Source: Antedon mediterranea (taxonomy: Eukaryota; Animalia; Echinodermata). Taken from it: a stretch of 64,000 nt of DNA. How positions within the stretch are numbered: the stretch's first letter is position 1; each line of letters starts with the position of its first letter. Shown in pieces: positions 1-12,200 of this stretch. The notes beneath the pieces are model-generated. The model was not told the origin of the DNA. It saw only the letters and a list, made by a program, of their open reading frames with translations, and searched no databases. The stretch is from contig NC_092679.1 of the NCBI RefSeq assembly GCF_964355755.1, positions 1,022,201 to 1,086,200 of the forward strand, given 5' to 3'. The translations under genes and the position numbers were made by a program.

Positions 1-95
1 ATTTTGACAACATTGCTTTAATAACAACCATTTGGTGAGAAGCCTCTTAATAATAATAATAATATCAAAGAGGAAATAATAAATGGCTTAGTTAC

Positions 96-231
96 CTCGA
101 ATCTTTTCTTTGATGTTACCAGGCACAGACGTCTGAGCACGCAAAGGTTTACCCGTCATGTTCTTTGGTCCTAAGGGCGTGGTTGGCGATTTACCCGTCT
201 TTTTGGACGGAAGAACCTCTGAAATATCATT
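96..231 (-). CDS. PLCB4: PLCB4-like exon 24 (CTD linker)
   Basis: tag|[14 protein letters not shown]...IKEKIR|gtaact; phase 0 to 1. Confidence 0.85.
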
Positions 232-3200
232 CTAGAGAAATAAAATGATGTAAGTTATAACACAATTTATCGAAACTTGGTGTGCCACTAAGGGCTATGT
301 CACTTTATAAATGTACTGTACCAACCTCTTCAATTCCCATCGACTTCATTTGCTGTGCTCTCTTTTCCTCTAAGGATATAAATTGCATAGGATCTGAGAG
401 GGCATCCACCAAGGCTGAAAAGTAATAACAGTTGATTAAACTGTGAAAAAAATGTGGATTTAAAAGTTTTAAATATAACACTCCATACGCCATAAAAAAG
501 GTGTCTTACCTCCGAGGCCATCTGGCACATATGTCTTCAATTCAATTTGACAAAATATCGTAGGCAAAGCTAACGGAAAGTTTCCTTCTGTACGCAACGA
601 AATGTGACGGTAACCTAAATAAAAATGAAATTTATACTTGAATGTTAGAATATCAGAAATCTTCAAGTTTCAGTGGTAGTATTCAACAGATAGAATTTTA
701 AAATTGTATATGTTACTGTTTCACTAATATAGGAATTTATAGATTACAGGGTTCTGTCCGCTAATGCCAATACAAAAGGAATCAAACAACATTCATGATA
801 ACTTTTGACATTCAATACATTCATTTATTCATTCATTCATTCATTTCTTTATTTGTTTCAATCCATAATAATAGTAAACATAACATACTAAAATCAACCT
901 TATTTTTTATAAATTACAGAGGAAAGAAAAGAAGGAAAAAGAAGTAAAACTTATAATAATTTTCTCTCAAATTATTTATAAAAATAAATTGCAGAGTTTA
1001 AAACCCTTTTAGCTCCCTCTTTTAAAAACAAAACCTACCAGCAGTCAAACCGTCAAGCGGCAATATACGTTGGCCAATCAGCTTGCCATTCTCTTCATAC
1101 ACACCAAACCGTAAAACTGCTAAGTCTGGTAGTACAACCTAATATTAACAAAAATAGTTTAAGCATTACTAAAGAAGACTTAAGAACACCACTATTTACT
1201 GTACAAATAGTGTAAGCATTTAATACTTAAGAACACCACCAATATTTACTATAAAACTTTTTCTTAGTTTTTTAAGTTATTCATTTAATGATTCATCTAA
1301 TCATACTCACCTGTTAACATATCAAAATCTAAAGTAATTATAATTATTATCAAACACTAATTTATTGATTTTTTCATTCATTAATTGTTAAATTCATTTG
1401 TTTAATAATTCATTCAATTTTCTATTCATTTGTTTAATAATTCATTCAATTTTCTATTCATTTGTTCAATAATTCATTCAATTTTTCATTCAATCATTCA
1501 GTTGTTTAATAATTCTATAATGACATTTTTGCTTCACACACACATTCATCATTTACCTTTATTCAGTCAACCATAAATTAATAAATTTATCATAAATACA
1601 TAAATTCAAACAATCAAATATTAATTAATCGATGAAACGTAGTCTAGAATATAACATATATCTTTACAGACATCATTAGACTACAAAGCATGGACAAATT
1701 AGTTAAAAGCCATTCCTTTGTGATATGCAGTTAACAAATAAGATATTCATACAGCATGCTAAGTTAGTATTTAATGTGCAAAACGCTCAAGGAATACTAA
1801 TCACTCATGCATAACACTGAAATTTGCAAATTGCACAAGATATTTGGTCTTTCTTTTTAGCATGCAATGTAAAGTCTCTTTTCCACACTAGGCAAAATAT
1901 TGACGTCAATCCAATGTTTTGCAGAGAAGAAAAATCATGGTACCTTTTCAAATACAAGAGAGAATACTTCAAATTTTCATCGCATGTGTAGCTTTTCGAT
2001 TCGCAATGAACGCTCATAAACGTGTCATAACTTATTTTATCAGCTATGATTTGTTGCACAATATTACGCTTCGCTATAAATAAACTATTTGAACTACTAA
2101 TTTTGCTAAAGTGAAAAACTCACAAATACATTACGCATAACATATGAAATTGCGCAATTTCTACCTAGTTTGAGCCTTGTGGTCCTGGCGCTTTAGAATT
2201 GATTTTGGTTAGGTGACAATTATTGTTATTCTTAGAAAGTGATAAGACAGAAACATGAATACACGTATGCATATAAGCTGACGCTTTCGATTCACGCACA
2301 CAAATTTCATCTAGTGGAAAACCTGATTAATATAATGTTTTCAGGCCACGAATCAAAGTATTCTTATTCAATGCATTATTCATAACATGCTGACAATTTA
2401 TTAATCTAAATACCAACAATTACCTGATATTCATACACTTTATATTTACAAATGTTATTAGAACTGAAAACAAAATGAAAACGATCTATTATTTGATTGA
2501 AAGCACAAGTGAGTGATTTTTCAAGGTTTGCAGTTGTAAAATTTGAAACCAAATTCATAGTCCGTAGGCAATAATAACTATTAATATATGTTACATTCAA
2601 TATGTTTTTCAGTAAAACAAATCTTTAATAATGTCTATAATATGATTGCTACTTTAACATAATTATGATTTTGTAATTTTTATTTATGAAAGATTGGATT
2701 TAAGATCAAAACAATGAGTGTTCATTTATCTTAAAATCTTTAGATAAAGCTTGCATATGCCTTATCAAGTAAAGCCTGCATATGCCTTATCAAGTAAAGC
2801 CTGCATATGCCTTAAATACGATTGCTACTTTAACATAATTATGATTTTGTAATTTTTATTTATGAAAGATTGGATTTAAGATCAAAACAATGAGTGTTCA
2901 TTTATCTTAAAATCTTTAGATAAAGCTTGCATATGCCTTATCAAGTAAAGCCTGCATATGCCTTATCAAGTAAAGCCTGCATATGCCTTTATCAAAATGA
3001 AACTTGCAAAAGTGTCTTTTTAAAAACTGTAGAATTCCGCCTTTGGGACGCCCTCTATAAAGGGCACAAATTTTACAACTGCAAACCTTGAAAAATCACT
3101 CACTTGTGCTTTCAATCAAATAATAGATCGTTTTCATTTTGTTTTCAGTTCTAATAACATTTGTAAATATAAAGTGTATGAATATCAGGTAATTGTTGGT

Positions 3201-6200
3201 ATTTAGATTAATAAATTGTCAGCATGTTATGAATAATGCATTGAATAACAATACTTTGATTCGTGGCCTGAAAACATTACATTAATCAGGTTTTCCACTA
3301 GATGAAATTTGTGTGCGTGAACCGAAAGCGTCAGCTTTTAAGAGGAACTTCGTTGGGTACCGGAGGAGTCTCGTTAAGTGGTTCTACGGTAGACACTAGG
3401 TTGAGTGATTGATTGGCCAATCGGATACGACAGTAGAACCGTAATTATGTAGCCATAACATTGGCAAGGTTCAGTATCTAGCTCATGTGCACTTTAAAGG
3501 ACCTAGTACACGAGTAGGGGGTACACCGGTGTACTAGTACACACACAGCCACTGATCATAACTGGGCCCTCTGGAAGACCAATCTTTGACTGAAGAGGTC
3601 ACCCAGTATAAATAAAAAAATAAAAAATACTAAAATCACAGATCCTTATATTGCAGTTTTAAAACATGCACGTTGATGATGCAGTTTATCATACAAATTA
3701 CCATATAACATCCACTACTACTTGAGCTATCTCCACTGCAAATTTGTTGTTTTTCCCCACAAGAGGACTACACAAGCATACCATAGGAGGGGCCTAGCAT
3801 ACACAATAAAAGACTATATAAATTAGCATAAAATATAAAACAAAAATTAATTTATGATTACAACATTAATAACATTAATTACCTTTCTAAAAACAAACGG
3901 GTCTTCATTGTAGACTGGATTTAATCCGTTACTGGGAATTACTCGTGTCCGATGTTCGCGGCGGATTGTGTCCGTGGGCAGGCCGTACATATCCACTTCT
4001 ACGTACGTTCCTATTCGCTTATCAGATAAAAATTGACCTGATATTACCTGTTGCCAATGAAAATAAATAAAAGGTAAAGATGTATTGACCCCAAAATATG
4101 AATATTAACGTCCAAGATGGGTAAAGTAAAACTTTGAATAGTCACATTTCATTATTTGTGTGACGTACCCTAACATTGCATGTTGCTGCAATCACGCCGT
4201 CCACTGGCGACTCGGAGAAAGGATCAAAGTTCTTGTCTGGACGTCGCATGAAATCTGGTTTCAACAAATACCTTCAAAAGAAAGAAACTTTTAAGATTAA
4301 AACTGTTAGAAGTACAAACAAATTATATTCAATAAGTTTATAGGTAAATAGATTTAAATATTATGGAGTGAAAGAGACGCGAGTTACGACCCTGGCACTA
4401 GGTCAGGATTGAACCCTGGACCTTGGGATTGAAAGGCAAGCACCAAGCTACAGCTCCACTACAAAGATAGTTGAAAGACTTACCCGCACGATCCGTTGTA
4501 TTCAAACTTGCCCATGTTTAGTTGCATTCCAATATCTGGCGTTTGAAAGTTGAGGGCAACCATCTGACAACCAGCGTTCCAGAAGATTTGGGGCAAGTAG
4601 TTACTGGAGTCCACTCGTCCACCTCGAGGGTAGATACGACTCATTTGCCGTTTGTTGTAGCTTGGATTGTGTTAAGAAAGCGTACACTTATAATAATATA
4701 TTATTTAATAGAAACAAATTCATGTTTTAGTATTTTCTAATGACATTAAATAAAGACTGCAAACCCCTTGTTTCCGGCAGACCAAACTCAAGATTCAGTA
4801 TCTTGCTGGCTTACTTACTTTTTTTTAAAGTACAAATATTTATATCTGTTGAAGCTCTGCAAATTTTTCTGCCTGTTTTACTTTATTGTTTTGATTTAGA
4901 GTTTTGCTTATTTTATTTTGTATCATTGAGATCCAGCCACTGATACCCACAGCATTGTCATTTTTTTTCCAGTAATTTGCATTTAGATTTATATATACGG
5001 AATAGTATGCACTTGTGAATGCATTAACAGTCGTCAAAGGATACTTAACAAACTCTATACAGTTATTCTTGATGTAACCAAGGCCAACAGCTTCATTAAA
5101 TGACGACATGTTATGATGAATATTACGCTCTAAAAAAAAAACAAATCCAGAATAATTATATCAGTGGTGTATTATATGTTAAATGCACAAAATATAGGAG
5201 TGATGTTACAATGTGTAATAGGCTATATTAAAAAAAAACCAATTTAATATAATACTATGCTGAATATCATGTTCTATCACCAGAATGGAGATGGGCAGGC
5301 AACATTACGAGAAACCCCATGACAATAGATGGACTAGTTACAGGATTACGGTTTGGCAATCAAGGATAGGAAAAGAAAAATTATGAAAACAACTGGTTGA
5401 GAATAGCAAAAGAAAGAAGTAAACGGAGGAGAGCTTTGGAGGCGGGATATGTCTTGCAGTGGACTGCTATATCCTAATATAATTATACAGTACTCGTCTC
5501 AATGACAAACTGACCTTGAGCCAATTCAAATCCTTGAAATTTGACCGGTTGTGCGTAGTTGACCAAACGGGAGAGATACGGATGAATAGTTAGTGTAGCT
5601 CCGCTGTAATGATACTTGGAGACTATTAGATCCAAATTATCGTCTTGGTTTATATCACCCTATAAACAATAACAAAACAGTATTATAAATGTACATTGAA
5701 GAAGTTCGTAGAAAATGATTATAAACCTTCTGTGTTAGAAATATACTATATAAAACCATCATATATATATATACAGTCAACTCTTCCAATACCTCACTCT
5801 CTAAAAACCGGAAACTCTCTAAAAACTCAGACTTTTCTTGAGGACCAAAAGGTCCCATTTTTTTATCATTAAAAACACATTCAGAATACCAGACTTTCCA
5901 GAAACCCAGACATATTTGGCCATCCCAAAGGTATCTAGGTATTAGGAGCATTGCCTGTATATTATACTGGTTTTCAGGAGAATCACTTGCAATGGTAAAA
6001 ATCATTTGAAAACGAAGTCTGTGACCATTTCAACCTCAAGAAAAAAGTTTCTGGTTTTCAGAGAGTCAGTATTGAGAGAGTTGACTGGTAAAGTCCATTA
6101 TTTGTTTACAAACCTTTTTGTTTGAAATCTTCAAATCTATATCTTCGGATTCTTTGAATTCACCGTTGCTAGGGGGTACCGTGCTACTTGGCGATTCAGA

Positions 6201-9200
6201 TGCTACACTTGCTCCATTTTCCATAATACTACCAATGTCCGCTATAAATAAAAGAAAATATTACGATTTTCAAAAAATGTATTTTACAATTTTAGAAGTG
6301 TGAAATGTATACTTCTTAGTTAATAATAATAATACTTTTTAGTTTAAAAAATGCCCCCTTTTTAAATAAAAGATCCAATCATTTATTTATTTCAATTTAT
6401 TTTGAGAGGACATTGTAACTGCACTACAGCTGGACTTGAAGATGCCCTCATTGATAAATAGATATTGAATAGTGTACCATTTTATTACTTTTTTTAAATC
6501 GGAATGTAAATTATTATTTTTGTTAACCAACCAAAACCAGGAAATAGCAATTTAATTTTTGTTAATAAACTTTATTTAAATTAATCATGCTTTTGATTAC
6601 ACAAAATGATTGGTTAGAAAAATCTTTCAAGTTAATTTTAAATAAACAACATTCAAAAGCATCAATATATATCATTGATTAATAAAAACCAATACATGAT
6701 CAATATATAAGAAATCAATAATCAACAAATCTGCATAAATTATTTACTGCATTTGAAACATAAAAGTCACCATGCAGCGGATGTTTTTCATGGTAGATTT
6801 TGTGCACTAGAAAGATCAAGCAGAATCAGTAGCAGTGAACATAAAAACTCCTATTCTATTGTGAAACCACATCAAGCAAAAATCCTATAACACCCTAACT
6901 TGTTTATTCTTTTCTATGAGCACTCACAGGTTAAACCCAGAGGCATCAGAGCATGAACACTGTATCTATCCAGAGTTGGAGGGCCCCTTAGGAGTGCTAA
7001 ACCAGGGGCCCAGAGCATGAACAACCGGTCCACTGCATCTACCCAGCGTTGGAGTGCCCCTTAGGAGTGCTAAACCAGGGGCCCAGAGCATGAACAACCG
7101 GTCCACTGCATCTACCCAGCGTTGGAGTGCCCCTTAGGAGTGCTAAACCAGGGGCCCAGAGCATGAACAACCGGTCCACTGCATCTACCCAGCGTTTGAG
7201 TGCCCCTTAGGAGTGCTAAACCAGAGGCCCAGAGCATGAACAACCGGTCCTTTGTATCTACGAAGCGTTGGAGAGCTCCTTAGGAGTGCTAAACAAGGGG
7301 CCCAGAGCATGAACAACCGGTCCATTGTATCTACGAAGTGTTGGAGAGCTCCTTAGGAGTGCTAAACCAGGGGCCCCAGAGCATGAACAACCGGTCCATT
7401 GTATCTACCCAGCGCCAGCGGTTGGAGTGCTCCTTAGGACTCGGAGTGCTAAATTGGGGGGGGGGGGGGGCCCTATGCATCCTGTGTTACGATACTGCCT
7501 TTAATAGCATCTACCTAAACTGTCTCTATCATTTCCACTACAGCCCTAGTGTTGAATATATCTGTTTCAGCCTATATTATCCACTTTCCGGTCTAAAAAC
7601 ACTAATTAACAAGTCTTTGTTGCCCTCAAATTATCTCATTCAATGAAACAGTAAACATGAAAATAAGCTCTCATAGAGATATGATATTAATAGTTTCTAT
7701 AATATATCTATGGTGTTGTAAATGTACATCATCAAAACAAAATAAACATGTTGGTGATGCTATTATTGTGCAGGAGATACACTTTGTATTTTACTTTAGT
7801 TTGTCATACAACGCATGATCATTTTATATAATAATCACCATGAAACTTAAGGAAAAAAAACAGATATGGTTTGTTTCTGTTTTGTAAATTTCTAACGCAT
7901 TATATTGTATTATATTGTACTAAACACATTGTATTTCAACAAAACATATATGCTATCAATAACAATAAAACTTTACAATTCACATTTGCGAGAGTGGATT
8001 TTGTTATACACTTACAGTTATTTATTCCTACATTTTAACAAATGAACCAACTAATAAAAATCTGAAATTCCCTTTCCATAAATCAAAATTTACCACTGTG
8101 TAAAAATATAATCTATGCTGTGATAAAAGCTGATTAAAACATAATGATACAATGATACTATGAGATGATGAATAATGACAATGATTATGATGACAACAAT
8201 GATATACACAAAGTGATGATGGTGATAGTCCATAGTGAAATACTTAAACTGGATAAACAAAGAAAGGTTCTTTTTATAAAACCCTTGGAAATATAATGGA
8301 AGAGTCAAAACATAGAGATATTTACTTTTGCTCTGTCTACACTATCAAACTTTATGTGACAAAGAAATGTGATGTTTTCATATACGGACATGATGATGTG
8401 ATATCACTGTATTTGGACACACTTTTTTTTTCAAAGTAATTTGATTGTGTAGACAGTGCTTTACAGGATATTAAACCTCCAATTGAAAGAAATGAATTAC
8501 AGTAAATTCCATTTTGATTTGAGGGGTTTTTTTTGCAAATTATTTATCCAGTTATGTATTCACAAACAGACAACAGATGCTAATTTTCAAACAATGATAT
8601 ACATGATGTTAAATGATAAGTTACACTCAACTTCAAAATGTGAACAAATTCTAGAGAATTCTATCAGAATAGAAATCTATAGAATTTTATCTGGGCATTG
8701 AGATTTTAATGAGTAAACTGAAAATAGTATTAAAATATACGAATATTTGAACAATCTGCAAAAACTCTGTTTTCAGCAAATTTCTCCATTTCTTTAGAAA
8801 CTCAATTGCTACAATGCTTGTGAGGGCGCTGTTTGTGCTATTTGTTTCAGTTTACTCATCGGTGACGGGATCATATGATCACATTCAAACAGTATCAAGG
8901 TGCATTACTAGGCTAATTATTGTACATGGCAGCATCGACACAATGGCTCTTGACGAATATCATTTGATTAAACACCCTGCTAAAATGCATCTATTTATCA
9001 CACAAATATATAGTTTATATTGTTCACAATATCAAAGTATATAATGAGTTCACATATAATTCACAAAAATAATTTAAAGTTGTGATTCATTTCATTATAC
9101 TCTGAAAATATATGTGCATTTACATCAATTAAAGCCCCTAATTGCAATATACTGTATTAGAAAACATAGCCAGCTTCCTAAAGCTCTGTCCACACTATCA

Positions 9201-12200
9201 AACACTGTCAAAAAATGTGATGTGCCCATATATGGACATGATGATGTCACATCACTACCATATTTAAGCATATCAATACCACATTTGGGCACATCACACA
9301 TTTTTTGTGTCAAACTAGTTTGATAGTGTAGACAGAGCTTAATATATCACAATATGGTTCCAACCAGCATTTAGTGGATACCCAGTTTTAAAGAAAAATA
9401 GTTTAAGCAGTAGTAATGACAAGTGCCAATATTATCCTCTGCACATGCATAATAATACCATGCAAGAATGATGGTGATAAGGCTAGGAAAGTGATGTACC
9501 ATTTGTCTTCTTCCGCTCTTCCGACTCCACGATTGGAGGCTGATCATCTTCCGATGAGCTATCTATGGAAGTTGGGTGGATGGGATGTGATGTTTAATGA
9601 ACGAAACATATAACAACCCTAATGTGTTCTATACATTGGATTCAAGACTTGTGAATTGGGGTAAGTGTTGGAGCAGGGCATGTAATGTGGGCCATCAAAC
9701 ACTAAATACTATCTATCAAAAACTAAAATTATCTTTTTAAAACCTAAGAATATCCTATTCTCAAAAAAATATTAATAAAAAAAAAAATAAATTGTGAAAT
9801 TATTACTCTCTGTTAAACATCACATCCATCAATGTAAAATATGAACAAAACCAATCCAATATAATCTGTTTTATATTATATTATTTTATACCCATCCTAC
9901 CCAAACACACGATAATGTATAGAAATTGGATGCATTAAGAATTTAGTAATACTAATATTGTGTGAAGAACATAGGTATTTATGATACCCCATCTTTCTCT
10001 GTCACACAGAGGATAATCTATAGACATGTGATTTTTTTCATACTGTGTGCACTGGGAATTTAGTAATACTAATATTGAATAAACATTATATGCAATTATG
10101 TTACAGTGCTATGAATGTATAAACGCTATGGTATCATCAATAACGAATGCGATGATCAATAAACATAAAATCAATTCACATTCTAAAATTAAAAACTTAT
10201 CACATTATCAGGAAATGATCAAACAAAATATACTGACTAACTTGATTGTATGTTTCATGAGTGTTATTGTAATATCTTTAAAATTCTTTCAGACTGAAAC
10301 TTATTTCTACTTTTACAGATTGTAATGTTTGAGTATGGAATTTAATACATTTTCAATTTCAAAATTGAGGCTACCTCCTCTGCCATATCCCCTATTGGAG
10401 TCCACCCTGCCCCACCCTGCCCCACCCTCTCCCCACTGCGATTGTGTTGGAGTTGAATGAATGTGTAGTTACATAATACCTCTGTGATCATATCAAACTT
10501 GTTTTCAAAGTACATATGAAATAACACACTGCTTTTGATACTTACCCGATTCACCCACACAGTCCTCATCAACCTCTTCTCTCAAACCCTTTGCTATCCT
10601 CTCTAACTGATCTACAAGAAAATAATTAATAATTCATTTAAAGGGGTGTGGGGAGGGTCAAATTAATAGAATATTGAGGTACATGCCAAATGTTATATTT
10701 ATGAACAGCCATATACCATAATTATAATTTTAAAAATAACCTTCAAAATGTGCATTATTGTCTTTATTCTTTGATACAAAGTATTATTCCAATAAGAAAA
10801 AATTAAATTGCTTTTCTAACGAATTAATCATTTTGTAAAATTGCCGTAAGCACTTTGAATGTTTGTACAAATTTGATTTAGTAATAGCCATTATTCGTAA
10901 TACAATAATATGCCATTAAAATAGTTCTGCAGGCAATATTCAAATCTGTCTATTGTTATGATACAAGTAAAAACAAATTTTGAATTCATATTTTAATTTT
11001 TTTAAAAACACAGTTTAATAATAATCTTCACATTGGCTCATGTTTCTTGTTAATTGAATTGAATAAGGCATACATATTTCACAACAAATAATACACCAAG
11101 GGGTGGACTTATATCCAGGGATGGACATATATCCAGGGATGGAACTATATCCAGGGGTGGACTTATATCCAGGGATGGACATATATCCAGGGATGGAACT
11201 ATATCCAGGGGTGGACTTACATCCAGGGATGGACTTATATCCAGGGATGGAACTATATCCAGGGGTGAACTTACATCCAGGGATGGACTTGCATCCAGGG
11301 AAGGACTTATATCCAGGGGTGAACTTTCATCCAGGGGTGGACTTGTATCCAGGGGTGGGCTAACATCCAGGGGAGGGCTTGTATCCAGGGGTGGGCTAAC
11401 ATCCAGGGGAGGGCTTGTATCCAGGGGGAGGCTTACCTCCAGGGGTAGACTAACATCCAGGGGAGGGCTTGTATCCAGGGGGAGGCTTACCTCCAGGGGT
11501 GGGCTTATATCCAGAGATAGCCTTACATCCCGGGATGGACTTTTATAGAGGGGGTAGAGTATATCAAGGGGTGGGCCTATATCCAAAGTTATGAGGCAAT
11601 TTGATGAATACCTTTTTCAACATCAGCTGACAATTTCTTGTTTTTAATAAGAATTTTCTTCTTTAACTTGTTTAATGGAGGCAGTGTACGGTTCGATTCA
11701 AGCTGAAAAAATGAAATATTACAATAATAAAACATGTTTAAATGATTTAAATGTGCGTCACATGTCTATTACAGAACACCTTTAAAACTATGTTCTACAT
11801 AGCAGCTTATGATGATGAAATTAGATTTACCGGATAGTCAGATAATGGTGTCCTTAGCAAGTAATCACCGAGGATCTCTTCACAGTAATTGGCTAACTTG
11901 TATTGCTGTCGCTTACCGCAGTGGTTCTCAAACGAAAGAATGACGGGATACTCAGATGTGATGAAGGCGGTATCTTTGATTGCATGTATTACATCCTGAA
12001 AATAAAAATAAAAGTCACAATAAAATGGTCAGTGTATAATAGTGCTTTGCTCAAAGCTTCTAAGTTTTAGTTACTTCAGTACTTGCAATAAGTGCAATTG
12101 TGTTTGATCCTACCAATAAAATGTAAGTAAAGTGTCTTTCCTAAGGACGTACTATGAGCATTGGTCCCTCCAACACACTGTTTAATGCTCATACATTTAT

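Noticed and set aside
322-325. Alternative gtacag donor for exon 23
   Set aside because: Gives phase 1, whereas the next exon requires phase 0.
6947-7455. CRISPR-like regular repeats (also 51267-52000 and 61583-62180)
   Set aside because: Units are contiguous with no unique spacers, there are no cas genes, and the context is eukaryotic intron.
11050-11586. 178-aa LDISPP-repeat ORF and its antisense ORF
   Set aside because: By-product of an 18-bp tandem repeat.
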